Shown here: one piece after another, positions 10,895 to 22,446 of the stretch | Numbering within the stretch: the first letter of the stretch is position 1 | Layout of the letters: every line of letters starts with the position of its first letter | NCBI RefSeq assembly: GCF_056746865.1 | Contig: NZ_CM163382.1 | Length of the DNA: 64,000 nt | Strand: one strand, 5' to 3' | Translations under genes and position numbers: made by a program | The notes under the pieces: model-generated | Told to the model about the DNA's origin: nothing | The model's input: only the letters and a program-made list of their open reading frames with translations | The model's database searches: none

Positions 10895-12580
10895 TTATCC
10901 TAATCCTGGCCATACCATGACGATGATTGTCCCTGCCAGCGTCAGCAGGACGTTGGCGATTGCGTAAGTGCCCGCATAGCCCAGCGCCGGGATATTACTG
11001 CGAGCTGTATCACTGATGATCTCCATTGCCGGCGCGCAGGTGCGTGCGCCCATCATTGCGCCGAACAACAGTGCGCGGTTCATTCGCAATACATAAGCAC
11101 CGAACAAGAAGCAGATAACCACTGGCACCAGACTGACAATCAATCCGGCAATCAACATCTGACCGCCAATCGCGCCCAGGCCGTTATTAATACCGCTACC
11201 AGCGCTCAGACCAACGCCTGCCATAAACACCATCAAGCCGAACTCCTTCACCATGCTTAATGCGCCCTGCGGAATGTAACCGAAGGTCGGGTGGTTAGCA
11301 CGCATAAAGCCCAGCATAATTCCGGCGAATAACAACCCGGCAGCGTTTCCCATGCCGAAACTGAATGTGCTGAACTGGAAGGTGATCATCCCGATCATCA
11401 GCCCAATAACAAAGAAGGCGCAGAATGCCAGCAAGTCAGTGACCTGGCTGTGAATCGAGATAAAGCCGATGCGATCGGCGATGGTTTTTACCCGGCGGGC
11501 ATCGCCGCTGACTTGTAAAACGTCACCTTTGTTAAGCACGACGTTGTCATCAATCGGCATCTCAATCTGGCTACGAATGACGCGGTTAAGGAAGCAACCG
11601 TGATCGGTCAACTTCAGTTGTGCCAGGCGTTTGCCAACAGCGTTATGGTTTTTAACGACCACTTCTTCAGTGACGATACGCATGTCGAGAAGGTCACGAT
11701 CGAAAACTTCTTTGCCGTTACGGAAGCTGGGATCGAGTCGGGCGTGGGCGTCGGGGTAGCCTACCAACGCTATTTCATCGCCCATTTGTAGCACGGCATC
11801 ACCGTCTGGATTTGCCAGAATCCCGTTACGCCGAATACGTTCAATGTAGCAGCCGGTTTGTCGATAAATACCCAGTTCACGCAGATTTTTGCCGTCGGTC
11901 CAGGCTACCAGCTCCGGGCCGACGCGGTAGGCGCGGATCACCGGCAAATAAACCTTACGGTTGGCATCTGTGTCCAGGCCACGTTCGCGGGCGATTTGCT
12001 GGGCGCTGGTCTGTAAGTCCTGATGCTGCAATTTCGGCAAGTAACGCGCACCAACAATCAAACTCACCAGACCGATTAAATAGGTTAAGGCATACCCGAG
12101 GCTCAGATTATCCAGTGCCAGTGAGAGCTGCCTGCTTTCCATGCCGGAATGACGCAGTGTATCGCCAGCACCGACCAAAACCGGTGTTGACGTCATAGAG
12201 CCTGCTAACATACCGGCCGTCAGGCCAATATCCCAGCCAAACAGCTTACCTAACCCTAAGGCGATCACCAGCGCACTGCCAACCATCACCAGTGCTAACA
12301 TTAGGTAATTTTTCCCATCGCGAAAAAAAATGGAAAAAAAGTTCGGTCCGGCTTCGACCCCGACGCAGAAAATAAACAGCATAAAGCCAAGATTAAGCGC
12401 GTCGGTGTTAATGCTGAAATGTTGTTGGCCTAATAACAGCGATACGACTAAAACGCCAATGGAATTACCCAGTTGGATCGAACCAAGTCGTAATTTCCCG
12501 AGACATAGCCCAAGCGCGAGGACCACAAATAATAACAGAATGTAATTCCCATTTAACAATTCGGCGACGTTTATATTCAC
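10895..12580 (-). CDS. ybjL: Putative transporter YbjL (AAE family, two TrkA-C domains, 561 aa)
   Basis: ORF translation, length and position. Confidence 0.85.
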
Positions 12581-12849
12581 GGAGGCTAACTTCTTGTTTA
12601 CTAGTAAGCTGTTGAAAGAAATGGTAATTTACGATAATGTTTTTTACCAGAATTCAGGGCGCAGATTCATTCAGCGCACCTAAACGATAGTAAAGTAACA
12701 ATATATTTTACTAGTGTAATCACATTAGGTATCAACGGCTATATGAATTGCGTTGGCCTATATTAGCATGGAATGCGAAGCGGCTTTATCTTACTGAACG
12801 CCACACTGGCGAAAAATGTGTTCGATAGACGCAGTGTCAGGAGGAACGA

Positions 12850-13227
12850 GTGAAACATAAACAACGTTGGGCGGGGGCAATCTGCTGTTTTGTCCTCTTC
12901 ATTGTGGTGTGCCTTTTTCTGGCGACGCACATGAAAGGCGCTTTTCGGGCTGCCGGGCATCCTGAAATCGGCTTGCTGTTTTTCATTCTTCCTGGAGCAG
13001 TTGCCAGCTTCTTTTCACAGCGTAGAGAAGTCTTGAAACCTCTGTTTGGCGCAATGCTGGCGGCACCCTGTTCAATGCTTATTATGCGGCTGTTTTTTTC
13101 ACCGACGCGCTCATTCTGGCAAGAGCTGGCATGGTTATTAAGTGCGGTGTTCTGGTGTGCGCTGGGGGCACTGTGTTTCTTATTTATCAGTAGTTTGTTT
13201 AAACCACAGCACAGAAAAAATCAATAA
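12850..13227 (+). CDS. ybjM: Inner membrane protein YbjM (125 aa, GTG start)
   Basis: ORF with AGGAGG ribosome-binding site 7 bp upstream; 4 predicted TM segments. Confidence 0.75.
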   Translation: MKHKQRWAGAICCFVLFIVVCLFLATHMKGAFRAAGHPEIGLLFFILPGAVASFFSQRREVLKPLFGAMLAAPCSMLIMRLFFSPTRSFWQELAWLLSAVFWCALGALCFLFISSLFKPQHRKNQ

Positions 13228-13229
13228 AG

Positions 13230-13255
13230 CCCTCAACGCGAGGGCTTGTCAGACG
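13230..13255. terminator. Bidirectional hairpin between ybjM and grxA
   Basis: AGCCCTC AACGC GAGGGCT inverted repeat. Confidence 0.45.
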
Positions 13256-13256
13256 A

Positions 13257-13514
13257 TCAGGCGTCCAGATTCTCTTTCACCCATGCAGCAAAATCGGTAT
13301 AGCCGCCGATATGTTGCTGATCGACAAAAATCTGCGGCACGGTTTCTACGGGTTTACCTGCCTTTTGTTGTAGATCTTCTTTAGTGATCCCTTCCGCACG
13401 AATATCTACATACTGATACTGAAAATCATCGCGTTCATTGCTCAATTTCTCAGCCAGATCTTTTGCACGCACACAGTAAGGGCAACCCGGACGACCAAAA
13501 ATAACGGTTTGCAT
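13257..13514 (-). CDS. grxA: Glutaredoxin 1 (85 aa)
   Basis: ORF with MQTVIFGRPGCPYCVRAKDL (CPYC active site). Confidence 0.9.
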   Translation of the reverse strand: MQTVIFGRPGCPYCVRAKDLAEKLSNERDDFQYQYVDIRAEGITKEDLQQKAGKPVETVPQIFVDQQHIGGYTDFAAWVKENLDA

Positions 13515-13673
13515 TATTTCTCTCCTCATAGATTTATGCCTGTAATGATCACGCTAAAATGAATTCGCTGAAAGTAGGTTTAACCTGTTGCATTAATTGC
13601 TAAAAGCTATAACTGTTAAACACAATACAGTGAAAAGTTTTAGACTGAAGGCTCACTTTGCAGAGGGAAGCGT

Positions 13674-13961
13674 ATGCGCGCGATCGGTAAATTGCCTAAA
13701 AGCGTGTTGATACTGGAATTTATCGGAATGATGTTGCTGGCGGTGGCGCTGCTGTCGGTAAGCGGCTCCCTGTCGCTGCCTGAGCCATTTTCTCGGCCAG
13801 AAGTGCAGATTCTGATGATTTTTCTCGGTGTTTTGCTCATGCTTCCCGCTGCGGTGGTGGTTATTCTTCAGGTGGCAAAACGTCTTGCCCCACAGCTGAT
13901 GAACCGTCCACCGCAATATTCACGTTCAGAAAGAGAAAAAGATAATGACGCCAACCATTGA
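13674..13961 (+). CDS. ybjC: Small membrane protein YbjC (95 aa)
   Basis: ORF translation, two TM helices; overlaps the nfsA start as in K-12. Confidence 0.75.
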   Translation: MRAIGKLPKSVLILEFIGMMLLAVALLSVSGSLSLPEPFSRPEVQILMIFLGVLLMLPAAVVVILQVAKRLAPQLMNRPPQYSRSEREKDNDANH

Positions 13962-14667
13962 ACTTATTTGTGGCCATCGCTCCATTCGCCATTTCACTGA
14001 TGAACCCATTTCCGAAGCGCAGCGTGAGGCGATTATTAACAGCGCCCGTGCGACGTCCAGTTCCAGTTTTTTGCAGTGCAGTAGCATTATTCGCATTACC
14101 GACAAAGCGTTACGTGATGAACTGGTGACGCTGACCGGCGGGCAAAAACACGTAGCGCAAGCGGCGGAGTTCTGGGTGTTCTGTGCCGACTTTAACCGCC
14201 ATTTACAGATCTGTCCGGATGCACAACTTGGCCTGGCGGAACAACTGTTGCTCGGTGTCGTTGATACGGCAATGATGGCGCAGAATGCATTAACCGCAGC
14301 GGAATCGCTGGGATTGGGCGGGGTATATATCGGCGGCCTGCGCAATAATATTGAAGCGGTGACGGAGCTGCTGAAATTACCGCAGCATGTTCTGCCGCTG
14401 TTTGGGCTGTGCCTTGGCTGGCCTGCGGATAATCCGGATCTTAAGCCGCGTTTACCGTCCTCCATTTTGGTGCATGAAAACAGCTATCAACCGCTGGATA
14501 AAGACGCACTGGCGCAGTATGACGAACAACTGGCGGAATATTACCTCACACGTGGCAGCAATAATCGCCGGGATACCTGGAGCGATCATATCCGCCGAAC
14601 AATCATTAAAGAAAGCCGCCCATTTATACTGGATTATTTGCACAAACAGGGTTGGGCGACGCGCTAA
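13945..14667 (+). CDS. nfsA: Oxygen-insensitive NADPH nitroreductase NfsA (240 aa)
   Basis: ORF translation MTPTIELICGHRSIRHFTDEPISEAQREAIINSARATSSSSFLQCSSIIRITDK. Confidence 0.9.
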   Translation: MTPTIELICGHRSIRHFTDEPISEAQREAIINSARATSSSSFLQCSSIIRITDKALRDELVTLTGGQKHVAQAAEFWVFCADFNRHLQICPDAQLGLAEQLLLGVVDTAMMAQNALTAAESLGLGGVYIGGLRNNIEAVTELLKLPQHVLPLFGLCLGWPADNPDLKPRLPSSILVHENSYQPLDKDALAQYDEQLAEYYLTRGSNNRRDTWSDHIRRTIIKESRPFILDYLHKQGWATR

Positions 14668-14727
14668 AACCGCCACGCCGATGTATGATACGCGGGCTTT
14701 TGACCAGGTCTGACAGAGAGGTGCAGG

Positions 14728-15630
14728 GTGAAAATTGCCATATTGTCCCGGGATGGAACGCTCTATTCGTGTAAGCGGCTGCGTGAAGCCGCTATACAGC
14801 GTGGTCACCTGGTTGAAATTCTTGATCCGCTTTCTTGCTACATGAACATAAATCCTGCGGCGTCTTCTATTCACTACAAAGGCCGCAAGTTACCCCATTT
14901 TGACGCAGTGATCCCGCGTATTGGTACCGCCATTACCTTTTATGGGACGGCGGCACTGCGCCAGTTCGAAATGCTGGGGAGCTATCCGCTCAATGAGTCG
15001 GTCGCCATTGCCCGGGCGCGTGACAAATTGCGTTCCATGCAACTGCTGGCGCGTCAGGGCATCGACCTGCCTGTCACGGGCATTGCGCATTCGCCGGATG
15101 ATACCAGCGATTTAATCGACATGGTCGGTGGTGCGCCGCTGGTGGTCAAGTTGGTTGAAGGCACGCAGGGAATTGGCGTCGTGCTGGCGGAGACGCGTCA
15201 GGCGGCCGAAAGCGTGATTGACGCTTTCCGCGGTCTGAACGCGCATATTCTGGTGCAGGAATATATCAAAGAGGCGCAAGGGTGCGATATCCGCTGTCTG
15301 GTTGTTGGCGATGAAGTGGTCGCTGCGATTGAACGGCGGGCGAAAGAGGGCGATTTTCGTTCCAATTTGCATCGTGGCGGCGCGGCAAGCGTCGCCAGTA
15401 TCACACCACAGGAGCGTGAAATCGCGATAAAAGCCGCGCGAACGATGGCGCTGGATGTTGCTGGTGTAGATATTTTGCGTGCTAATCGCGGGCCGTTGGT
15501 GATGGAAGTGAATGCGTCGCCGGGGCTGGAAGGAATAGAAAAAACCACCGGTATCGACATCGCGGGTAAAATGATCCGCTGGATCGAACGCCACGCTACG
15601 ACAGAATATTGCCTGAAAACGGGTGGTTAG
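14728..15630 (+). CDS. rimK: Ribosomal protein S6 glutamate ligase RimK (ATP-grasp, 300 aa)
   Basis: ORF translation [27 protein letters not shown]. Confidence 0.9.
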   Translation: MKIAILSRDGTLYSCKRLREAAIQRGHLVEILDPLSCYMNINPAASSIHYKGRKLPHFDAVIPRIGTAITFYGTAALRQFEMLGSYPLNESVAIARARDKLRSMQLLARQGIDLPVTGIAHSPDDTSDLIDMVGGAPLVVKLVEGTQGIGVVLAETRQAAESVIDAFRGLNAHILVQEYIKEAQGCDIRCLVVGDEVVAAIERRAKEGDFRSNLHRGGAASVASITPQEREIAIKAARTMALDVAGVDILRANRGPLVMEVNASPGLEGIEKTTGIDIAGKMIRWIERHATTEYCLKTGG

Positions 15631-15717
15631 TCGCAATCACATTACTGATCATGGTTTTGCCTGCGCTTTTTGCGTAAGCTGTGCCGGTCTTTTTATCGAA
15701 AGAGGTTGTACAAAATT

Positions 15718-16194
15718 ATGACATCGCTGGTCGTTCCTGGTCTGGATACGCTGCGTCAATGGCTCGATGACCTGGGGATGAGTTTTTTTGAATGTGATAA
15801 CTGTCAGGCTCTGCATCTGCCCCATATGCAGAATTTCGACGGTGTCTTTGATGCCAAAATCGATCTGATCGATAACACGATCCTGTTTTCTGCCATGGCG
15901 GAAGTCCGACCTTCAGCCGTATTGCCCCTGGCGGCAGATTTATCTGCCATCAATGCCAGTTCGCTGACCGTGAAAGCATTTCTTGATATGCAGGATGATA
16001 ATCTGCCAAAGCTGGTGGTTTGCCAGTCTTTATCCGTTATGCAGGGCGTAACCTATGAGCAGTTTGCATGGTTCGTGCGTCAGAGCGAAGAGCAGATTTC
16101 GATGGTCATTCTTGAAGCTAATGCCCATCAACTGCTGTTACCGACTGACGATGAAGGGCAAAACAACGTTACCGAAAACTATTTCCTCCACTGA
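15718..16194 (+). CDS. ybjN: YbjN (158 aa), putative sensory transduction regulator
   Basis: ORF 15670-16194, start at MTSLVVPGLDTLRQWLDDLGMSFFECDNC. Confidence 0.8.
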   Translation: MTSLVVPGLDTLRQWLDDLGMSFFECDNCQALHLPHMQNFDGVFDAKIDLIDNTILFSAMAEVRPSAVLPLAADLSAINASSLTVKAFLDMQDDNLPKLVVCQSLSVMQGVTYEQFAWFVRQSEEQISMVILEANAHQLLLPTDDEGQNNVTENYFLH

Positions 16195-16544
16195 TAACTC
16201 CTTTCGAGTACGCAGTCGCTGCCGCAGTGACTGCGTGCTGCAAAATTATCTGCTGTTTTTAACCTTTTCTTAAAGATTATTTCACTTCTCATGTGCCGAT
16301 TTGGCTTTATCACATAGAGCAAATACGCATAAAAATTTGTTAAATACCGTTTTTTAATCCGAGCTATAGTCTCAAACCCTGGCTAAAGTTATTCTTGCGA
16401 TGCTTTTATATAGCGAGCAGTGCTGGCCGGGAGAGAGTTCTCTTTTCTTACACCGCGCCGATAAAAAATATGCACGTTTATTGCATATCTTTCAGTGTGA
16501 CAACTTTTGTTCGTTTGTTAACGAACTTTCAGAAGGAAAGAGAT

Positions 16545-17657
16545 ATGACCGCCTTAAATAAAAAATGGCTATCGGGTCTGGTTGCGGGTGCTCTGATGGC
16601 CGTCTCTGTCGGCACGCTCGCGGCTGAACAAAAAACACTCCACATTTATAACTGGTCTGATTATATCGCCCCGGACACGGTGGCCAATTTTGAAAAAGAA
16701 ACCGGTATTAAAGTCGTCTACGATGTTTTCGACTCTAACGAAGTACTGGAAGGCAAATTAATGGCGGGTAGCACCGGCTTTGACCTGGTGGTGCCGTCAG
16801 CAAGCTTTCTTGAACGCCAGTTGACTGCGGGAGTTTTCCAGCCGCTGGACAAAAGCAAATTGCCGGAGTGGAAGAATCTCGATCCGGAGCTGCTGAAGTT
16901 GGTTGCCAAACACGATCCCGACAATAAATTTGCTATGCCCTATATGTGGGCGACGACCGGGATTGGCTATAACGTTGATAAAGTTAAAGCGGTGCTGGGC
17001 GAAAACGCGCCCGTCGATAGCTGGGACTTGATCCTCAAGCCTGAAAATCTGGAAAAACTGAAAAGCTGCGGCGTCTCTTTCCTTGATGCACCGGAAGAAG
17101 TGTTTGCTACCGTGCTGAATTATCTCGGTAAAGATCCCAACAGCACTAAAGCAGATGATTACACCGGACCGGCAACCGATCTGCTGTTAAAGCTGCGCCC
17201 GAACATTCGTTATTTCCATTCATCTCAATACATTAACGACCTGGCAAACGGCGATATCTGCGTCGCTATTGGCTGGGCGGGCGATGTCTGGCAGGCGTCA
17301 AACCGCGCGAAGGAAGCGAAAAATGGCGTTAATGTCTCGTTCTCGATTCCGAAAGAAGGGGCGATGGCGTTCTTTGATGTCTTCGCCATGCCTGCGGATG
17401 CCAAAAATAAAGACGAAGCCTATCAGTTCCTGAATTACCTGCTGCGCCCGGATGTGGTGGCGCATATTTCCGACCATGTGTTCTATGCCAACGCGAACAA
17501 AGAAGCTACGCCGCTGGTAAGCGCGGAAGTGCGTGATAATCCAGGGATTTATCCTCCGGCGGACGTTCGTGCGAAGTTGTTCACTCTGAAAGTGCAGGAT
17601 CCAAAAATAGACCGTGTGCGCACCCGCGCGTGGACCAAAGTGAAGAGCGGAAAATAA
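16545..17657 (+). CDS. potF: Putrescine ABC transporter periplasmic binding protein PotF (370 aa)
   Basis: ORF 16395-17657; real start at MTALNKKWLSGLVAGALMAVSVGTLA (signal peptide) with a GGAAAG ribosome-binding site upstream. Confidence 0.9.
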   Translation: MTALNKKWLSGLVAGALMAVSVGTLAAEQKTLHIYNWSDYIAPDTVANFEKETGIKVVYDVFDSNEVLEGKLMAGSTGFDLVVPSASFLERQLTAGVFQPLDKSKLPEWKNLDPELLKLVAKHDPDNKFAMPYMWATTGIGYNVDKVKAVLGENAPVDSWDLILKPENLEKLKSCGVSFLDAPEEVFATVLNYLGKDPNSTKADDYTGPATDLLLKLRPNIRYFHSSQYINDLANGDICVAIGWAGDVWQASNRAKEAKNGVNVSFSIPKEGAMAFFDVFAMPADAKNKDEAYQFLNYLLRPDVVAHISDHVFYANANKEATPLVSAEVRDNPGIYPPADVRAKLFTLKVQDPKIDRVRTRAWTKVKSGK

Positions 17658-17751
17658 TCCGCAGTCGTAGATGCCGGACGGGCGCACCACACCCGCCGGC
17701 AATTCGCACCATTATGGTGCGCTTGCACACATTCAATGCCGGAGAGCAGCC

Positions 17752-18885
17752 GTGAATGACGCTATCCCTCGCCCGCAGGCGAAAACCCGTAAGGCGCTGA
17801 CGCCGCTATTAGAAATCCGCAACCTCACCAAATCCTACGATGGTCAACATGCGGTGGATGATGTCAGCCTGACCATCTACAAAGGTGAAATCTTCGCGCT
17901 GCTGGGCGCATCCGGCTGTGGCAAGTCCACGCTGCTGCGTATGCTGGCAGGTTTCGAACAACCTTCTGCCGGACAGATAATGCTTGATGGCGTCGATTTG
18001 TCACAGGTTCCGCCTTACCTGCGCCCCATCAATATGATGTTTCAGTCTTACGCGCTGTTTCCGCATATGACCGTGGAACAGAACATCGCTTTTGGCCTGA
18101 AACAGGACAAACTACCGAAAGCGGAAATTGCCAGCCGGGTCAATGAGATGCTCGGGCTGGTGCATATGCAGGAGTTCGCCAAACGCAAACCGCATCAGCT
18201 TTCCGGTGGTCAGCGACAGCGTGTGGCCCTGGCCCGAAGCCTTGCCAAGCGCCCGAAACTATTACTGCTCGATGAGCCGATGGGCGCGCTGGATAAAAAG
18301 CTGCGTGACCGGATGCAGCTTGAAGTGGTGGATATTCTGGAGCGTGTCGGTGTGACTTGTGTGATGGTCACCCACGATCAGGAAGAGGCGATGACCATGG
18401 CGGGGCGTATCGCCATTATGAATCGTGGGAAATTTGTCCAGATTGGCGAACCGGAAGAGATCTATGAGCATCCGACCACCCGCTACAGCGCCGAATTTAT
18501 TGGCTCGGTTAATGTCTTTGAAGGTGTACTCAAAGAGCGTCAGGAAGATGGTCTGGTGCTTTATTCGCCGGGACTGGTGCACCCACTGAAAGTCGATGCA
18601 GATGCTTCAGTGGTTGATAACGTGCCGGTACACGTAGCGCTGCGTCCGGAAAAAATCATGCTTTGCGAAGAGCCGCCCGCCAATGGTTGTAACTTCGCGG
18701 TGGGGGAGGTGATACACATAGCCTATCTCGGCGATCTTTCGGTGTATCACGTTCGTCTGAAAAGTGGGCAGATGATCAGCGCCCAGCTACAAAACGCCCA
18801 TCGTCATCGTAAAGGGTTACCGACCTGGGGCGACGAAGTGCGTTTGTGCTGGGAAGTGGACAGCTGTGTGGTGCTGACGGTTTAA
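17752..18885 (+). CDS. potG: Putrescine ABC transporter ATPase PotG (377 aa, GTG start)
   Basis: ORF 17671-18885; Walker A GASGCGKST, signature LSGGQRQR. Confidence 0.9.
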   Translation: MNDAIPRPQAKTRKALTPLLEIRNLTKSYDGQHAVDDVSLTIYKGEIFALLGASGCGKSTLLRMLAGFEQPSAGQIMLDGVDLSQVPPYLRPINMMFQSYALFPHMTVEQNIAFGLKQDKLPKAEIASRVNEMLGLVHMQEFAKRKPHQLSGGQRQRVALARSLAKRPKLLLLDEPMGALDKKLRDRMQLEVVDILERVGVTCVMVTHDQEEAMTMAGRIAIMNRGKFVQIGEPEEIYEHPTTRYSAEFIGSVNVFEGVLKERQEDGLVLYSPGLVHPLKVDADASVVDNVPVHVALRPEKIMLCEEPPANGCNFAVGEVIHIAYLGDLSVYHVRLKSGQMISAQLQNAHRHRKGLPTWGDEVRLCWEVDSCVVLTV

Positions 18886-18894
18886 GGAGCAAAG

Positions 18895-19839
18895 ATGAGT
18901 ACACTTGAACCTGCTGCCCAGCCAAAACCCTTTAAGCTGTGGCTGTCGCAGTTGCAAATGAAGCATGGGCGCAAACTGGTGATTGCGCTGCCCTATATCT
19001 GGCTAATCCTGCTGTTTCTGCTGCCATTTCTGATTGTCTTTAAAATAAGCCTGGCGGAGATGGCGCGCGCCATTCCACCTTATACCGAACTGATGGAGTG
19101 GGCTGACGGGCAACTTTCCATCACTCTTAATCTCGGTAATTTCCTGCAACTGACCGACGATCCGCTCTATTTCGATGCTTATCTCCAGTCGCTACAGGTG
19201 GCGGCGATTTCGACTATTTGCTGTTTACTGATCGGCTATCCGCTGGCGTGGGCGGTGGCGCACAGTAAGCCTTCGACCCGTAATATCTTATTGCTACTGG
19301 TGATCCTGCCGTCGTGGACCTCGTTTCTGATTCGCGTTTATGCCTGGATGGGAATATTAAAAAATAACGGCGTACTGAATAATTTTCTGCTGTGGCTGGG
19401 GGTTATCGACCAGCCGCTGACCATTCTGCATACCAATCTGGCCGTTTATATCGGCATTGTTTATGCCTACGTGCCGTTTATGGTTCTGCCGATCTACACC
19501 GCCTTGATTCGTATTGATTATTCGCTGGTGGAAGCGGCACTGGATCTCGGCGCAAGACCGCTGAAAACGTTCTTTACTGTGATCGTGCCGCTGACCAAAG
19601 GCGGGATTATTGCCGGATCGATGCTGGTGTTTATCCCGGCTGTGGGCGAGTTTGTGATCCCGGAACTGCTCGGTGGCCCGGACAGCATCATGATCGGGCG
19701 CGTGCTGTGGCAGGAGTTCTTTAACAACCGCGACTGGCCGGTGGCCTCGGCGGTAGCGATCATCATGTTGCTGCTGCTAATTGTGCCGATAATGTGGTTC
19801 CACAAACACCAGCAAAAAAGCGTGGGAGAACACGGATGA
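18895..19839 (+). CDS. potH: Putrescine ABC transporter permease PotH
   Basis: ORF translation, 6-TM permease; overlaps potI. Confidence 0.9.
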   Translation: MSTLEPAAQPKPFKLWLSQLQMKHGRKLVIALPYIWLILLFLLPFLIVFKISLAEMARAIPPYTELMEWADGQLSITLNLGNFLQLTDDPLYFDAYLQSLQVAAISTICCLLIGYPLAWAVAHSKPSTRNILLLLVILPSWTSFLIRVYAWMGILKNNGVLNNFLLWLGVIDQPLTILHTNLAVYIGIVYAYVPFMVLPIYTALIRIDYSLVEAALDLGARPLKTFFTVIVPLTKGGIIAGSMLVFIPAVGEFVIPELLGGPDSIMIGRVLWQEFFNNRDWPVASAVAIIMLLLLIVPIMWFHKHQQKSVGEHG

Positions 19840-20681
19840 ATAATTTACCGGTAGTTCGTTCGCCCTGGCGGATTGTGATTTTGCTGCTGGGCTTCACCTT
19901 TCTCTACGCGCCAATGCTGATGCTGGTTATCTATTCGTTTAACAGCTCGAAGCTGGTGACGGTGTGGGCCGGCTGGTCAACGCGCTGGTATGGTGAATTA
20001 TTGCGCGATGACGCGATGATGAGTGCGGTTGGTTTAAGCCTGACAATTGCGGCATGTGCGGCGACGGCGGCGGCGATCCTCGGGACGATTGCGGCGGTGG
20101 TGCTGGTGCGCTTTGGCAAGTTTCGCGGATCAAATGGTTTTGCCTTTATGATCACCGCGCCGCTGGTGATGCCAGATGTCATCACGGGCTTGTCGCTATT
20201 GTTGTTATTCGTCGCGCTTGCTCATGCCATTGGCTGGCCTGCGGACCGCGGTATGCTCACCATCTGGCTGGCGCATGTCACTTTCTGTACGGCTTATGTG
20301 GCAGTCGTTATTTCGTCGCGTCTGCGGGAACTGGATAGCTCGATAGAAGAAGCAGCGATGGATCTTGGTGCGACGCCACTGAAAGTGTTTTTCGTCATTA
20401 CGCTACCGATGATCATGCCCGCGATCATTTCTGGCTGGTTACTAGCTTTTACTTTGTCGCTTGATGATCTGGTTATCGCCAGCTTTGTTTCCGGGCCGGG
20501 AGCCACCACGTTACCGATGCTGGTCTTTTCTAGCGTGCGGATGGGGGTGAATCCGGAAATCAACGCCCTGGCAACATTGATCCTCGGTGCGGTCGGAATT
20601 GTCGGATTTATCGCCTGGTATCTGATGGCTCGCGCAGAAAAACAGCGGATACGCGACATCCAGCGTGCAAGACGTGGCTGA
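19836..20681 (+). CDS. potI: Putrescine ABC transporter permease PotI (281 aa)
   Basis: ORF 19794-20681 with start at MNNLPVVRSPWRIVILLLGF. Confidence 0.9.
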   Translation: MNNLPVVRSPWRIVILLLGFTFLYAPMLMLVIYSFNSSKLVTVWAGWSTRWYGELLRDDAMMSAVGLSLTIAACAATAAAILGTIAAVVLVRFGKFRGSNGFAFMITAPLVMPDVITGLSLLLLFVALAHAIGWPADRGMLTIWLAHVTFCTAYVAVVISSRLRELDSSIEEAAMDLGATPLKVFFVITLPMIMPAIISGWLLAFTLSLDDLVIASFVSGPGATTLPMLVFSSVRMGVNPEINALATLILGAVGIVGFIAWYLMARAEKQRIRDIQRARRG

Positions 20682-20740
20682 AGACACTAAAATTTGCCAA
20701 CCTGGCTACATAATGCCGCGCATGTCGCGGCATTGTTTTC

Positions 20741-21229
20741 ATGGAAGACGAAACGTTGGGATTTTTTAAGAAAACATCTTCATCTCATGCTCGCCTGAAT
20801 GTGCCTGCGCTGGTGCAGGTGGCGGCGCTCGCCATTATTATGATCCGTGGCCTCGACGTGCTGATGATTTTCAATACGCTGGGCGTGCGCGGTATTGGCG
20901 AGTTCATTCATCGCAGCGTACAAACCTGGAGTTTAACGCTGGTCTTTTTAAGCAGTCTGGTGTTGGTTTTTATTGAGATCTGGTGTGCGTTTTCACTGGT
21001 GAAAGGGCGTCGCTGGGCGCGCTGGCTGTATCTGTTGACACAAATCACGGCCGCAAGTTACTTGTGGGCGGCTTCGCTGGGGTATGGTTATCCGGAGCTG
21101 TTCAGCATTCCCGGTGAATCAAAACGTGAAATCTTCCATAGCCTGATGCTGCAGAAGCTGCCGGATATGCTCATCCTGATGCTGCTGTTCGTTCCCTCGA
21201 CCAGTCGGCGGTTCTTCCAGTTGCAATAA
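20741..21229 (+). CDS. ybjO: Inner membrane protein YbjO (162 aa)
   Basis: ORF translation, TM helices; gene order. Confidence 0.75.
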   Translation: MEDETLGFFKKTSSSHARLNVPALVQVAALAIIMIRGLDVLMIFNTLGVRGIGEFIHRSVQTWSLTLVFLSSLVLVFIEIWCAFSLVKGRRWARWLYLLTQITAASYLWAASLGYGYPELFSIPGESKREIFHSLMLQKLPDMLILMLLFVPSTSRRFFQLQ

Positions 21230-21269
21230 TGTGTATAATCGTCGCCCCTGATGATGTGAAGGTCAATGT

Positions 21270-22397
21270 ATGCAGTGCGCACTTTACGACGCGGGTCGCT
21301 GTCGTTCCTGTCAGTGGATAACGCAGCCGATTCCAGAGCAACTCTCCGCTAAAACCGCCGATCTTAAAAATCTGCTCGCCGACTTTCCGGTTGAGGAATG
21401 GTGCGCGCCGGTGTCAGGCCCGGAACAAGGGTTTCGTAATAAAGCCAAAATGGTGGTGAGTGGTAGCGTTGAAAAACCACTGCTCGGTATGCTGCATCGA
21501 GACGGCACACCGGAAGACCTTTGTGACTGCCCGCTTTATCCTGCCTCATTTGCGCCCGTTTTTGCGGCACTGAAACCATTTATTGCTCGCGCCGGGCTTA
21601 CGCCTTACAACGTGGCGCGCAAACGTGGCGAACTGAAATACATTCTGCTGACCGAAAGCCAGAGCGATGGCGGCATGATGCTGCGCTTTGTACTGCGTTC
21701 TGAAACCAAACTGGCGCAACTGCGTAAGGCGCTGCCGTGGTTACAGGAACAACTGCCGCAGCTAAAAGTTATTACCGTCAATATTCAGCCGGTACATATG
21801 GCGATTATGGAAGGGGAGACGGAGATCTACCTGACCGAACAACAGGCGCTGGCGGATCGTTTTAACGATGTGCCGCTGTGGATCCGTCCGCAAAGTTTCT
21901 TCCAGACTAATCCGGCGGTCGCCAGCCAGCTTTACGCTACCGCGCGCGACTGGGTGCGGCAACTACCGGTAAACCATATGTGGGATCTGTTCTGCGGCGT
22001 GGGGGGCTTTGGTTTACACTGCGCGACGCCTGACATGCAGTTAACCGGGATCGAAATTGCACCAGAGGCCATTGCCTGTGCGAAGCAGTCAGCCGCTGAA
22101 CTGGGCTTAACGCGTTTGCAATTTCAGGCGCTGGACTCCACTCAGTTTGCTACCGCCCAGGGGGAAGTGCCGGAGCTGGTGCTGGTTAACCCGCCGCGCC
22201 GCGGCATTGGTAAACCGCTATGTGATTATCTCTCAACGATGGCACCGCGTTTTATCATCTACTCCAGCTGTAACGCCCAAACCATGGCGAAAGATATCCG
22301 CGAGCTGCCGGGTTATCGCATCGAACGGGTACAGCTTTTCGACATGTTCCCCCACACCGCGCATTACGAAGTGCTGACACTGCTGGTAAAAATGTAA
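21270..22397 (+). CDS. rlmC: 23S rRNA m5U747 methyltransferase RlmC/RumB (375 aa)
   Basis: ORF translation [20 protein letters not shown] (Fe-S cysteine cluster) and SAM-methyltransferase C-terminus. Confidence 0.9.
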   Translation: MQCALYDAGRCRSCQWITQPIPEQLSAKTADLKNLLADFPVEEWCAPVSGPEQGFRNKAKMVVSGSVEKPLLGMLHRDGTPEDLCDCPLYPASFAPVFAALKPFIARAGLTPYNVARKRGELKYILLTESQSDGGMMLRFVLRSETKLAQLRKALPWLQEQLPQLKVITVNIQPVHMAIMEGETEIYLTEQQALADRFNDVPLWIRPQSFFQTNPAVASQLYATARDWVRQLPVNHMWDLFCGVGGFGLHCATPDMQLTGIEIAPEAIACAKQSAAELGLTRLQFQALDSTQFATAQGEVPELVLVNPPRRGIGKPLCDYLSTMAPRFIIYSSCNAQTMAKDIRELPGYRIERVQLFDMFPHTAHYEVLTLLVKM

Positions 22398-22446
22398 ATA
22401 CATCACTCAAATCAATATCACTCCGGCATACATCCATTCTAAATAA

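Noticed and set aside
14452-15636. Antisense ORFs of 120-174 aa opposite nfsA and rimK
   Set aside because: Lie entirely inside well-supported genes on the opposite strand, a common artefact in GC-balanced coding DNA.
16395-16544. 5' extension of the potF ORF (420 aa as listed)
   Set aside because: Real PotF starts at the ATG at 16545 with a signal peptide and ribosome-binding site; the upstream in-frame part is promoter sequence. The same applies to the extended track ORFs for potG, artP, ybjS, ybjT, trxB, lrp, macA, clpA and cspD.
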